64,000 nt of DNA from Acidobacteriota bacterium. Lineage in GTDB: Bacteria; Acidobacteriota; UBA890; WLXD01. The position numbers and the translations under genes are program-made. The notes under the pieces are model-generated. The model saw nothing but the letters and a program-made list of their open reading frames with translations. It was not told the DNA's origin and made no database searches. The stretch lies in assembly GCA_963666215.2 (NCBI GenBank), contig CAXWPL010000005.1:704001-768000 (forward strand), given 5' to 3'. Of the stretch, positions 9,646-19,641 are shown piece by piece (position 1 is the first letter of the stretch; each line of letters opens with the position of its first letter).

Positions 9646-10424
9646 CGTTGGCCTCGCAGATCGGCCGCCGCCCAGAACGAGGCGGACTCCACGCGGAACA
9701 CCAGCTCAGCGACGCGCTCGGCGCCTTCGTCGGTCTGCCGATACACCAGCCGCCACCTGCCCTCGCTGTCGATCCGAATCGACGCGATTCCTTGTGGACC
9801 GCTGGTAGCGCGAACCTCTTGCCCGCGCGGTCCGATGGCCACAACCACCTGAGCTGCCTGCGCCTCACCGTTGAGGTAGAGCCTGACAGGCAGGTCGTAT
9901 GCGGGGCGCAGCAGCGTCGGGCTCTGCAGCGGCCGGATCTCGATGCGACTGCTGGTCTTGGCGGTCATCGCATCGGCCACCGCATAACGCTCGGCGATGG
10001 CCGCGGTGGTCGCGGCTGGAGCCTCCGAAGCTGCCGGATCGGCCGAGGCCGACCAGGAGCAAACGATCGTCTTCGTGCAGCGATCCACACGCCGCCAAGA
10101 ATCCGCATGGCCCTTCTCGGATTCGGGACCCACGTCAACAGCCAGCATGTAACAGCCACGCGGCGCCGCCACACTGATGAGTCTTCCCGCGGGCAATCCC
10201 TGGGGAGCCAACGCGCGCTGTCCTGAGCTGGTACGCAACAACAGTTTGGCAACGTTCAGGCGCGACCAGTCGGCGCCATCGCGGAGCTCGAGCCGCATCG
10301 TCGAAGCGCTTGCCAGCTCCCGCATCTCGAAAACCGGCGGCGGCGGCCCACTCTGCGCCGCCGACACTACGATGGAAAGCGCAAGGAAACTCGAACTTCC
10401 GGCAAGAGAAATCGTGGCTCGCAC
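9642..10424 (-). CDS. Secreted DUF4198-like protein
   Basis: GTG 10424 after GGAGGAG; signal peptide; C-terminal IEIRPL..P......LPVRLY.NG and T...G.A.I.I...GRW pattern. Confidence 0.55.
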   Translation of the reverse strand: MRATISLAGSSSFLALSIVVSAAQSGPPPPVFEMRELASASTMRLELRDGADWSRLNVAKLLLRTSSGQRALAPQGLPAGRLISVAAPRGCYMLAVDVGPESEKGHADSWRRVDRCTKTIVCSWSASADPAASEAPAATTAAIAERYAVADAMTAKTSSRIEIRPLQSPTLLRPAYDLPVRLYLNGEAQAAQVVVAIGPRGQEVRATSGPQGIASIRIDSEGRWRLVYRQTDEGAERVAELVFRVESASFWAAADLRGQR

Positions 10425-10535
10425 AGCTCCTCCGGAGACAGAGGGTACCCGGGGCGTTGTGATCGTACCACCGCCGAGAGAGCGTCCACGCGGTGGCGGC
10501 CGGGACAAGGCCGCAACCTTCAACGTCCGTCTAGG

Positions 10536-11578
10536 TGTGAGTTCTAGGTAGGTTGTTCACGAACTCACCCCTGAGAGCCGAGCGATCGGCGGTGTCATGC
10601 CGATGCCGGCGTGGGGGCGGTGACGATTGTAGTGGTTGAGCCAGGGCCGTAGAGCTCGAGTACGTCGAGCTGAGGTCTGGTAGCAGGTGCCGTAGGCCCA
10701 CTGCTCCTTGAGTGTGCGGATGAAGCGTTCGGCTTTGCCGTTGGTTCTGGGGGTGTAGGGCCGGGTGTAAATGTGCCGGATCTCGAGTTGATGGCATAGG
10801 CGATTGAAGCGCTTCGAGACGTAGCCAGGCCCGTTGTCTGTCATCACTCGGCGCACCGCTACTCCCATCGAAGCGAAGTGCTCGACGGCTCGCTGCAGGA
10901 ACGCTGTGCAGGTGTGTTGGTCTTCGGCGGGCAGCACTTCGACGTACGCCACCCGAGAGTGATCGTCGATAGCGACGTGGGCGTTCTCCCAGCCGACGCC
11001 GTAGGCCCGCTTGGAGCGGTCGCCGTGGATGCGGTGTCCAGGTCGCCGGATACGGGCCAGTTTCTTCGTATCCAGGTGCAGTAGGTCACCGGGGTGCTCG
11101 TACTCGTAGCGAACGATCTCGGGCTTGGGCTCGAGCGCATCAAGCTTGGCGAGTCCGAGCCGCTTCAGCCACGCCGAGACGGTCGAGCGCGGCACAGCCA
11201 ACCTTCGGCTGATCTGCCAGGCCGTCAGTCGCCGCCGACGTAGCTTGTCGATCTGCCTCACAACTCCAGCGCTTGTTGCGTGCGGACAGCACGTCGGCCG
11301 GCTTGATCGATCGAGCAGCCCGGCCTCACCTTCTCGCTCGTATCTATCCAGCCACTTGTAAACCGTTCGAGCCGACACGCCGAGCGCCGCCGCCGTTTCC
11401 GTCACGGGCTCCGCCCGCTCCCGGACTCGGCGGACCATCTCTCGGCGTATATACGGCGTCGTGCGGGCGTTACCATGCAGCTGCATCGGGCGCTCCTTCT
11501 GAGGTCGTGGAGTCTTTTGAACAACCCCATTGATCTCAGAAGTGAGCCCCGATGTGAACAACCTACTTAGAAAACACA
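10536..11578 (-). mobile_element. Complete IS481-family insertion sequence
   Basis: 25-bp terminal inverted repeats (TGTGAGTTCTAGGTAGGTTGTTCAC vs TGTGTTTTCTAAGTAGGTTGTTCAC, 22/25) and 6-bp target duplication TCTAGG at 10530-10535 and 11579-11584. Confidence 0.97.
10557..11486 (-). CDS. IS481 family transposase
   Basis: MQLHGNARTTP, GL.DRSSRP, PGDLLHLDTKKL, HVAIDDHSR, VMTDNG, RPYTPRTNGKAERF, YN.HRPH. Confidence 0.97.
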   Translation of the reverse strand: MQLHGNARTTPYIRREMVRRVRERAEPVTETAAALGVSARTVYKWLDRYEREGEAGLLDRSSRPTCCPHATSAGVVRQIDKLRRRRLTAWQISRRLAVPRSTVSAWLKRLGLAKLDALEPKPEIVRYEYEHPGDLLHLDTKKLARIRRPGHRIHGDRSKRAYGVGWENAHVAIDDHSRVAYVEVLPAEDQHTCTAFLQRAVEHFASMGVAVRRVMTDNGPGYVSKRFNRLCHQLEIRHIYTRPYTPRTNGKAERFIRTLKEQWAYGTCYQTSARRTRALRPWLNHYNRHRPHAGIGMTPPIARLSGVSS

Positions 11579-11579
11579 T

Positions 11580-12860
11580 CTAGGAGCCCTCGAGCTCGAC
11601 GGCGAACGGGATCAACAGCGCGCCGCTCTCGTCGAGCCGCTGAGGGTGCTCGGTCAAGTCGAGATCGAACGGGTTGCTCAGGTTGTTGCCGGCGAGATCC
11701 TCGATAACGCGCGGAGCGCTGATCGCGAACTCGCCCACCTGCCACGGAGAGTCCGGTCGGAAGCTCCAGCTGCGCTCGTCGGGACCGAGCTCGGCTATCC
11801 CGCGGACTCGATCGCCGGCGTGGGTCTGAACACTCAAGAGGCGCAGCATCAGGGCGCTGTCGAGTCCTTCGTCGAGCTCCAGAACAACGGCGCCGAAACC
11901 TCCGGCAGCCGGTGGACGGATCCGCCATTCGGCGACGCTCGGCACCGAATAGTCCGAGTCGATCACGTCGAAGCTCTTGGTGAACCCCTCGCGCAGCGGC
12001 TCTCTGTTGGCGTCCAAGAAGTCGGCATCCACCTCGAGCCGATAGGACTGGCCTGCCCGGAGAGGCGGCCCCAGCTCGTTGTGCGGCACCAGCCCACGCT
12101 TGATGCGCCCCGGGTCGAACAGCACCGTGAGCCGCGTTTGCTCCGCGTTCCACAGCTCGGTGTCGATCTCGACGAAGGCGTCGGCCACGGCCCTGCCGGT
12201 GCTCTCGTCGACTACCCGCACGTGATCGCTCGCTTGTCCACGCCGCATCGGTGCCGAGAAGCTGACGTACATCCGCAGCAGGTTCATCGGCAGCCGCCCC
12301 GCAGTCGGGTAAATACGCACGACATGGGTGCCGCCCGCATCGGCCGAGGTTGTTGTCGAGCTGACGACGATCACTTCGTCAATCCCCAGCGCCGAGTTTT
12401 CCTGCGCCACCGGCACCGCGGCCGAGCCGCCGAGTGCGGCGAGCCGCTGGGGGTAGAACCGCACGCGATACGACATACCGGCCACCAGTGGGTAGCTCGG
12501 GGAAAAGCGAGCCTCGCTCCCGACAATCGAGTAGCGGCCCACCACGCCTGGGGCGTCAGCTTCAATGGCCGCCGCCTCGGTGTGCACCGTGAGAACCTGC
12601 GCCCACTCGCCTTGAGTCATGGAGCGCAGCCGCTCCAGCAGGTTCGGCGGAAGCCCGGCAAGGGCGACCGCCGAGCGCGAGGATCGTCTGGAGATCGCCG
12701 TCGAAGGGTCGCCGGGCGGCAGCGGTTCTTCAACGAGCACTGCGCGCACCGCACCAGGCGTGGAATCGTCCACAGGGCTATGGCCGGCGAGCCGCGCGAC
12801 AGCGATGGCGATCAACAGCAGCCCGAGTGCCAAGCCGAAGAATGTCCGACGGTCGTTCAT
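11580..12860 (-). CDS. Secreted hypothetical protein with Ig-like domains
   Basis: Signal/TM segment; IYPT...LP.NLLRMYVSFSAPM, LTVLFDPGRIKRGL, EDLAGN motifs. Confidence 0.7.
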   Translation of the reverse strand: MNDRRTFFGLALGLLLIAIAVARLAGHSPVDDSTPGAVRAVLVEEPLPPGDPSTAISRRSSRSAVALAGLPPNLLERLRSMTQGEWAQVLTVHTEAAAIEADAPGVVGRYSIVGSEARFSPSYPLVAGMSYRVRFYPQRLAALGGSAAVPVAQENSALGIDEVIVVSSTTTSADAGGTHVVRIYPTAGRLPMNLLRMYVSFSAPMRRGQASDHVRVVDESTGRAVADAFVEIDTELWNAEQTRLTVLFDPGRIKRGLVPHNELGPPLRAGQSYRLEVDADFLDANREPLREGFTKSFDVIDSDYSVPSVAEWRIRPPAAGGFGAVVLELDEGLDSALMLRLLSVQTHAGDRVRGIAELGPDERSWSFRPDSPWQVGEFAISAPRVIEDLAGNNLSNPFDLDLTEHPQRLDESGALLIPFAVELEGS

Positions 12861-13017
12861 TGTGGCGATGATGCGGCTGAGCCGTCTCGCTATCAAGGGC
12901 CGCGCGACCTCCCGATAGCGGGCCGCGCACAGCGACTTGCACGACGAATCAGGTCGCCGAGGCGCGGCGATGCCGCGAGCAAGGCCGTTTTCGAGCGGCA
13001 TCGTAGAATCCGCCAAC

Positions 13018-14043
13018 ATGTCGATACCTACGACCCCGCCTGACGCACCGGTGCTGGCGGCCGATATCGGCGGATCGAAGACACGGCTGGCGCTGTGGGC
13101 TAGCGGCGCCGAGATCGGCGACGCCGAGCCCCTCCGCCAGGCCACCGTTCGCACCGCCGAGTTCGCGAGCGCCGAAGCGTTGCTGGCCTCCTTCGTTGAC
13201 TCTCGTCCGATCTCGAGTGCCGCGATCGCCGTCGCCGGCGCCGTTACCGAGGGGGTGGCCAGGGGCTCGAACCTTCCCTGGCACGTCGACGCCGCCGAGA
13301 TCGCTGCGGCGCTGTGCTGCGCAATCAGCGTTATCAACGATCTCGAGGCGACCGCGCTGTCGCTCCTCGGCGCACGGCCGTCGTCCGTCAATTTGCAGCG
13401 AGGCCAGCGCGACCCACGCGGCGTGATCGGGATCGTGGCGCCCGGCACCGGAATTGGCGAGGCTGGCCTCGTGCGCTGCGGCGGATCGTTCATGGCCCTG
13501 CGCTCCGAGGGCGGCCACGCCGACTTCGCGCCCAATGGCGAGCTGCAGCGCGAGCTACTGGCCTACCTGGCCTCTCGCTACGGCCACGTGAGCTTGGAGC
13601 GAGCCTGCTCGGGCGTAGCGATACCGACGATCTACCGCTTCCTGAGTGAGCGAGCCGCGAACCACGGCTCCACCCCCACGAGCTTCTCCGAGACGACCGC
13701 ACTGGAAATCGCCGAAGCGACCGACCCCACGCCAACGATCGCGACGGCCGCGATGGAAGGCACCTGCGACCGCTGCGTGGAAGCGATGAATCTGTTCGTC
13801 TCGATTCTCGGCGCCGCGGCGGGCAACCTGGCGCTCCGCCTGGTCGCAACAGGCGGGGTATATCTCGCGGGCGGCATCCCACCGCGCATCCTCCCTCTAC
13901 TGCTCCAGTCTGTTTTCCTCGAGGCTTTCAACGGCAAAGGTCGATTCGAGTTCCTTGCCAGGACGATTCCCGTAGATGTACTGATGAATCCGGATGCCGC
14001 GCTTCACGGCGCCGCACGAATCGCGCTCACCCAGAGCCCCTGA
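13018..14043 (+). CDS. glk: Glucokinase
   Basis: LAADIGGSKT, AVAG.V, INDLEA, APGTGIGEA, SEGGHADFAP, S.ER.CSG, GGVYLAGGI.PRI. Confidence 0.93.
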   Translation: MSIPTTPPDAPVLAADIGGSKTRLALWASGAEIGDAEPLRQATVRTAEFASAEALLASFVDSRPISSAAIAVAGAVTEGVARGSNLPWHVDAAEIAAALCCAISVINDLEATALSLLGARPSSVNLQRGQRDPRGVIGIVAPGTGIGEAGLVRCGGSFMALRSEGGHADFAPNGELQRELLAYLASRYGHVSLERACSGVAIPTIYRFLSERAANHGSTPTSFSETTALEIAEATDPTPTIATAAMEGTCDRCVEAMNLFVSILGAAAGNLALRLVATGGVYLAGGIPPRILPLLLQSVFLEAFNGKGRFEFLARTIPVDVLMNPDAALHGAARIALTQSP

Positions 14044-14046
14044 CAC

Positions 14047-14064
14047 ACTCTCGGCTTCGAGAGT
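14047..14064. terminator. Hairpin after glk
   Basis: ACTCTCG-GCTT-CGAGAGT perfect 7-bp stem 3 nt after the stop; no U-tract. Confidence 0.3.
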
Positions 14065-14238
14065 ACGCTCGGGCGCACCAGCCGCATGCAACGCAAAACC
14101 AGCCCCTAGCATCGATTTGACAGCCCTGCGACCGTCTCGCAACATGTCGGAACTCGGCATTTCCGGTCGGCAGACTTCTGCGTCTCCGGTCCCCAGTTCG
14201 CCCGACTCAGCTCGCACGCACGACCAAGGAAAACCGTC

Positions 14239-15261
14239 ATGACGTTGGCATCCATCGCGAACCAAATCGTTGGCCCAAACAAGGGCGTTCTTGCCGCCGA
14301 CGAGAGCTCGCCGACCATCAAGAAGCGTTTCGACTCGATCAGCGTCGAGTCCAACGAGGAGAACCGGCGGAGCTACCGCGAGCTGCTGTTTACGGCTGCG
14401 GCGGCAGCTCCCTACGTCGGTGGCGTGATCCTGTTCGAAGAGACGCTCGGGCAAAAAGCGAGCGACGGACGTCCGTTCGCCGAGGTGCTTACGGCGCAGG
14501 GAGTCGTCCCCGGCATCAAAGTCGACAAGGGTGCCAAGCCTCTCGCGGGCACTGACGGCGAGACGGTGACGGAAGGGCTCGACGGACTCCGTGAGCGCCT
14601 CGAGACCTACTACGCCCAGGGAGCGCGGTTCACCAAGTGGCGCGCGGTCATCAAGATCGGCGATGGCATCCCGAGCCGCACCTGCATCGAGGCGAACGCT
14701 CATGCTCTGGCGCGCTACGCGGCGCTGAGTCAAGAGCAGGGATTCGTACCGATCGTCGAGCCCGAAGTGCTGATGAACGGCGATCACACCATCGAGCGCT
14801 GCGCGGAGGTCACCGAGACCACACTCACCGAGGTCTATCACCAGCTTCATGTTCAGCGCGTCGAGCTCGAAGGCAGTCTTCTGAAGCCGAACATGGTGGT
14901 TTCTGGCGATACGTGCCCCGAGCAAGCGGGCGCCGAGCGCGTGGCGGAGATGACGCTTCGGACCCTCAAGCGCACCGTCCCTGGCGCCGTTCCTGGAATC
15001 GTCTTCCTGTCGGGTGGTTTGTCAGAAACCAACGCCACAGCCTTCCTCAACGAGATGAACAAGAGTGCACCGCACCCGTGGGAGGTGAGCTACTCCTTCG
15101 GCCGCGCACTGCAGGCGTCGGCGCTACAGGCGTGGGGTGGTCACTCCGAGAACGTCGCGGCTGCTCAGGCCGCCTTCGCGCATCGAGCACGATGCAACGG
15201 CATGGCGCGCAGCGGCCAGTACACCGCCGCTATGGAGGAGCAGCGGATCGCTGCTGTTTGA
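14239..15261 (+). CDS. Class I fructose-bisphosphate aldolase (eukaryote-type glycolytic family)
   Basis: KGVLAADES, GIKVDKG, KWRAV, VPIVEPEV, LLKPNMV, FLSGG, SFGRALQ. Confidence 0.95.
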   Translation: MTLASIANQIVGPNKGVLAADESSPTIKKRFDSISVESNEENRRSYRELLFTAAAAAPYVGGVILFEETLGQKASDGRPFAEVLTAQGVVPGIKVDKGAKPLAGTDGETVTEGLDGLRERLETYYAQGARFTKWRAVIKIGDGIPSRTCIEANAHALARYAALSQEQGFVPIVEPEVLMNGDHTIERCAEVTETTLTEVYHQLHVQRVELEGSLLKPNMVVSGDTCPEQAGAERVAEMTLRTLKRTVPGAVPGIVFLSGGLSETNATAFLNEMNKSAPHPWEVSYSFGRALQASALQAWGGHSENVAAAQAAFAHRARCNGMARSGQYTAAMEEQRIAAV

Positions 15262-15491
15262 CCCGGATCGAGCGGACTGACAGGGGGACGGGATCGGCTG
15301 AGCCCGTTGTGGCCGTCGAGCCCTTCCCTACTCGGTGTCGCCGACCCAGAGCTCCGTATCCTTGCCGGGAACTGAGGCACTTCCTCGTCGAGCGAAATGC
15401 ACTCATCGGCGGATAATGAGATACGGTTAGCTGTACTGACGCTCCGCGTCGCAACGGTGCCGCGGCGCCGCAAGGTCCAACGGACAATTCG

Positions 15492-15935
15492 ATGATCTAT
15501 ACCGACTCGGCCAAGTACGCCCTTCGCGCGGTGACGCACATCGCGGGGCACGACGATCCGCAGGCGCCAGTCTCCGCCACTGAGATCGCCGAGGCTGAGG
15601 GAATTCCTCCCTACTACATGGCCAAGGTGCTGCAGGATCTGGCTCGCGCGAAAGTGCTGAAGTCAGTACGAGGGCGAGGCGGCGGCTTTCGACTAGCACA
15701 GCCGGCGAACAAGACTCATGTGCTCGACGTGATCGCGGCGGTGGAGGACATCGGCCGCATCACCAAGGAGTGCGTCCTCGGGCTCGACGAGTGCAACGAC
15801 ACCGTCTCGTGCCCGATGCACGACACCTGGAAGCGTTTTCGTGAGTCGCTGCTCAAACGACTCGGCCGCATGACGGTGGCCGATCTGGCGAAGGAAATGA
15901 AGCGCAAGCGGCGAGGCCTGGCGGCGGCACTCTAA
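15492..15935 (+). CDS. Rrf2 family transcriptional regulator (Fe-S type)
   Basis: YALRA, IAE...IP..Y.AKVLQ.L, S.RG.GGGF.L, three Cys in CVLGLDECNDTVSCPMH. Confidence 0.93.
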   Translation: MIYTDSAKYALRAVTHIAGHDDPQAPVSATEIAEAEGIPPYYMAKVLQDLARAKVLKSVRGRGGGFRLAQPANKTHVLDVIAAVEDIGRITKECVLGLDECNDTVSCPMHDTWKRFRESLLKRLGRMTVADLAKEMKRKRRGLAAAL

Positions 15936-16697
15936 AGCGCGCGCTGGGACCAGGCGTGCCGCCACACACGGACTCCGTTGATCGCGCTTGCCGTCGTGGC
16001 GAGCAGCAGCAGCGCCGACGCCAACGAGACCGTCCACAGCGCCTCGAGGACCCGCCCCCCCCCCCCCCCCCCCCCGGCCAGTAGTGGTACACCGAGCGTC
16101 CAGGCAGCGAACGTCATCGCTTGCAGCCGCCGGTCTGCCATGTCGTATTGCGACAGTGGCGGAGCCTCGAACCCCGAGCCTACGTATCCCTGAATCCAGG
16201 CCACCGTCGGCAGTAGCCGCATCTGGACGCCGATGACCAGCTGACCGAGAAAGCCCAGCAGCCCGAGGACGCCGTAGACCGTCATCACACGCAGCTGGAG
16301 CTCGGAGAGCGGCACAATGACGAGGTAGATCGCGAGCACAAGACAGGCAATCAGATAGGCCACCGACTGCAGCGCGTGCAGCACGCCGAAATCTGGGCGC
16401 CGCAAGCCGCGCGGTGCTGGACGGGAGTTGTCGCGCAAGCGAAGCGTTGTTGTTGCGAGCCCGGCCAGCGTAAAGAGCACGACCGCGGTGCCGATGGGGG
16501 CGGCAGGAGGCCAGGCGACGAAGCCGACGAAAAGCAACAAGACTCCGATCTCGAGCGCCCACGCCGTGCGCGTACCGGTGCTCTCGTCGGGCATGGCGAG
16601 GATCCGTGGTTGAAGCGCCAGAACCGCGAACGCGATCGCAAGCGCGATGTGGGCAGCCGCGAAGTAGGCCGCCGGAACACCCCGCGGCGGCGGCGCT
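15932..16697 (-). pseudogene. Polytopic membrane protein remnant (family seen near Rrf2/nitrosative-stress genes), no clear start, probable internal deletion
   Basis: P.AYF.AAH.AL, YGVLGLLGFLGQLVIGV..RLLP hydrophobic segments; abrupt join at PRILA|MPDES; 21-nt poly-G tract in frame. Confidence 0.55.
16055..16075. repeat. C21 homopolymer (G21 on the coding strand)
   Basis: Direct count of 21 consecutive C. Confidence 0.9.
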
Positions 16698-17821
16698 TTA
16701 CTCGGTGCGGCCGTAGCGTCGCTCCATCTCTTCTCGAATGCGCCGCATCTGCCCCTCCGCCCCGGCCTCGAACCAGGCGTGCTCGGGCCGGGCGAGGATC
16801 TCGTCGATGACGCGGTCAACCTCGAAACCGGCCGAGCCCTGAGCGGCAATCTCCCGGGCCTGCGGGATGAGCTCCATATAGAACCTCTCGGCCACCTCGA
16901 ACATGCCGTGCCAATGGGTGTAGTCCGGCGCCTATCATGGAGGCTCCATGGCGAGCGCGCCGGCCCTCGTGGTACCAGAGGAAAAACCATGTCCACTCGA
17001 TTTCCTCGCGCCATGATTGCCTCCCCGGGCTTGGCGAACTTCTCGTTGTAGAGGATAACGAGGTCGTCGTACTGGCTGTAGAAGGCGTTGACGTAGTCCG
17101 GCGTGTGGCACGTCGAACAGACCTCCTTCATGCGGGTGCGCTTGTCCTGCCAGGTATCAACGATGCGATCGCGGCGCTCCTGATCGTCGAGCGAGGTGAC
17201 GATGACGTGATCGGCATCCGTATCCATCAATCGGCTGACAGGAGGCCGGTTCGTCCACGAGATGCGCTCGTCCGGATCGTGCGTAATGCGACCTCTGTTA
17301 CACAGATTGCCGGACATGTGGCAGCTGGCGCACGTCGGCGCCGCGGAATAGTCGCGTCCGAGCACCCACTCAGTGGCGTCGAGGTTCATCTCATCCCTGA
17401 GATCGCGATAGGCCACGCCGTGCTTGGACTCCTCGTAGATTTCCTTTTGCGGGTGGTCCGGCCCGAGGTGACACTTTCCGCAGTTCTCGGGCTGGCGGGC
17501 GCGACGCGGCGAGAAATCGTGGCGACTGTGGCAGGCCGTGCACGAACCACGCGATCCGTCGAGATTGAGGCGCCCAATTCCTGTGTTCGGCCACGTTCCC
17601 GAGTCGTACAGCGGGCGCCCATCTTCGTCTCTCGAGATGCGCTCGACGACCGCGAGATCTGTGGGTAATCCGTCGTCACCTGGAGGCAGATCCGCGACGG
17701 TGATGCTGGCGCCACCGTCGGCGGCCAGTAGCGCCACCGTCGAGCCGTGACACTGCTGGCACCCAGAGAACGCGCTGGCGAAGCCGCTGACGATCTCGAC
17801 GTCCATGCCGGGTGTGGGCGA
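16698..17821 (-). pseudogene. Hydroxylamine oxidoreductase (HAO)-family multiheme cytochrome c, 5'-truncated and frameshifted
   Basis: CQQCH, CTACH(SRHDFS), CGKCH(LGPDHPQKEIYEESKHG), APTCASCH, CSTCH; after frameshifts near 17008 and 16933 reads EEIEWTWFFLWYHEGRRARHGASMMAPDYTHWHGMFEVAERFY. Confidence 0.9.
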
Positions 17822-17890
17822 GAAAGCGAGCAGAATTCCGGTAACAATCTGGACGACGAACAGATAGGCTGGCGTGCCGCCCAGCGCGAG
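17822..17890 (-). pseudogene. Cytochrome b (b6-like) fragment, helix A only
   Basis: LALGGTPAYLFVVQIVTGILLAF matches the LG......F..Q..TG..LA cytochrome b signature. Confidence 0.7.
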
Positions 17891-18129
17891 TCGTTCCCTT
17901 GTGGGGCCTCCGCGGTGCCGAGAATGTGGCCCACCCAACCCTCGAGCCCGTCGAAGTAGCCAGCGGCTTCGTCGGAGCTGGCCAGCAGCGCCTCGACATG
18001 CTGGCGCAGCTCCGCATCATCCCCGCAGCGATCGTCGAGGAAGGCGCCGCGTTCCTCCGCCGGCAGTGCCAGCACCTCGAGCAGCAACGCCTGGACTTGT
18101 CGGGCGCGTGGATGTTCCTGTAGCGACAT
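17891..18129 (-). pseudogene. N-terminal fragment of an ECF-associated Ser/Thr protein kinase
   Basis: RQVQALLLEVLALPAEERGAFLDDRCGDDAELRQHVEALLAS is the typical pre-kinase helical segment; no kinase domain follows. Confidence 0.7.
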
Positions 18130-18582
18130 CAGTCGTGGCTCGTCATCGGGGCTGGGAAGGCTGGTCGATTGTTTCAGGGAGAGCGCTGGGTTGCCAGTCC
18201 GCCGGAGATGGTGGCACCCGCTGGGCCGAGCTCGAAGCCGACATTTTGACTGGATCCCGATTCCAGAAGAGGAGTCGACATCGGACGCACGCTCGCCACC
18301 CTCGCGTCGCGCCTGGCGAGACCAGGCCGCGGCATCAGTGAAGGAGTCGGGATCGAGGGTCAACCAGCGGCGGGACCTGCGTCAGGGCAACCCATCACAG
18401 CTCGGTCGCTCTGTCGGCGTATCATGATCTCGGCAAATCCTCGATTGTACGTTCGGTAGCCGAACCGCTCGCGTTGAGCGGCGTGTGAGCCGCGACAGGA
18501 GCGACCCCGCCGACATGGACCCGGCAATTGACACTGGAGCTTCATCCTGCGGCACCTGCCACGAAGCTCGGGGACGACTGAC

Positions 18583-19614
18583 TTGAGCGAAGCGCCGTTC
18601 TTCAGCGTCGTCATTCCCACCTACCAGCGAGCGGCGGTCCTCGCCAGGGCGGTGGAGTCGGTTCTTGCGCAGACGTTCGATGACTTCGAGCTCATCGTCG
18701 TCGACGATGGCTCTACCGACAGCACCACCGATGTCCTCGAGCGCCTCGCGCATCCCAGGCTGCGAGCCCTTCGACGCCAGCACGCCGGCGTGTCGGCGGC
18801 CCGCAATGCCGGCGCCGACACCGCTCGCGGCAGATTTCTGGCGTTTCTCGACAGCGACGACTCCGTGAAGCCTGGCTGGCTGCAGGCACTCCACAAGGCG
18901 ATCGAGCCGGGAACAGGTTTCGTGAGTTGCGGTATCCAGCTCATCCGGATGGGCTCCGAGGTCACGAGCGAGCGAGTACTTACCCCAGAACCTCTGGGAC
19001 CCGCGTTCGCCGACATCTCGTCTCGTTTCGTAGCGGGCTCGTTCGCCGTTGAGCGCTCTCTGTTCGACGCTGTTGGCGGCTACGTGGCCGAGCTCACCTT
19101 CTCGGAGAACACCGAGCTCGTCTTGCGCCTCGCACACGCCTGTCGCGCGGCTGGCCTCGAGGCTACGGTGATCGAATCGCCTCTCGTGGTGTACAACCGC
19201 ATGGAGACCGGGCGCGATATCCAAGAACAATCCGCCAGGGTCCTGACGAGCATGGAGATCATCCTCGACCGCCATCGTGAACACCTGGGGCGCGATCGGC
19301 AGCTGCTGGGGCAATATCACGCGGTGGCGGCGGTCCAAGCTGGACGACTGCGGCGCGGCGATCGGGCACGATTTCATAGCCTGCGCTCGATTCGCGCCCA
19401 CCCGACGGTAATGCGCCACTGGGGCCGGCTAGCGCTGGTTCTGGCGGGGCCGCGGGGACGCCTCTACTGGTCGCACCAAAGCCGTCGCGCCGCGGCCGGC
19501 AGACTGGGCAGGTCCAGTCGCGTCCGTGACCACACGCACGACAGCCCGCCTCAGGCACCGAAGCAGGACTCAGCCCCCGGAGACGCTCCAGGCGAGCGAC
19601 CCAAGGTCCTTTAG
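18583..19614 (+). CDS. Glycosyltransferase family 2
   Basis: FSVVIPTYQR, SVLAQTF.DFELIVVDDGSTD, G.SAARNAG, AFLDSDD. Confidence 0.9.
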   Translation: MSEAPFFSVVIPTYQRAAVLARAVESVLAQTFDDFELIVVDDGSTDSTTDVLERLAHPRLRALRRQHAGVSAARNAGADTARGRFLAFLDSDDSVKPGWLQALHKAIEPGTGFVSCGIQLIRMGSEVTSERVLTPEPLGPAFADISSRFVAGSFAVERSLFDAVGGYVAELTFSENTELVLRLAHACRAAGLEATVIESPLVVYNRMETGRDIQEQSARVLTSMEIILDRHREHLGRDRQLLGQYHAVAAVQAGRLRRGDRARFHSLRSIRAHPTVMRHWGRLALVLAGPRGRLYWSHQSRRAAAGRLGRSSRVRDHTHDSPPQAPKQDSAPGDAPGERPKVL

Positions 19615-19641
19615 ATCCACTAGATAGAGGCGATTGTCGGT

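Noticed and set aside
15405-15495. Rrf2 operator (CGGATAATGAGATACGG, CGGACAATTCG)
   Set aside because: Symmetry too weak to call without comparative data
15932-17938. 668-aa ORF as a novel multiheme membrane protein
   Set aside because: It is a mosaic of cytochrome b, HAO, an out-of-frame stretch and a membrane-protein remnant
18130-18582. Coding remnants between the kinase stump and GT2
   Set aside because: No recognisable motif in any frame
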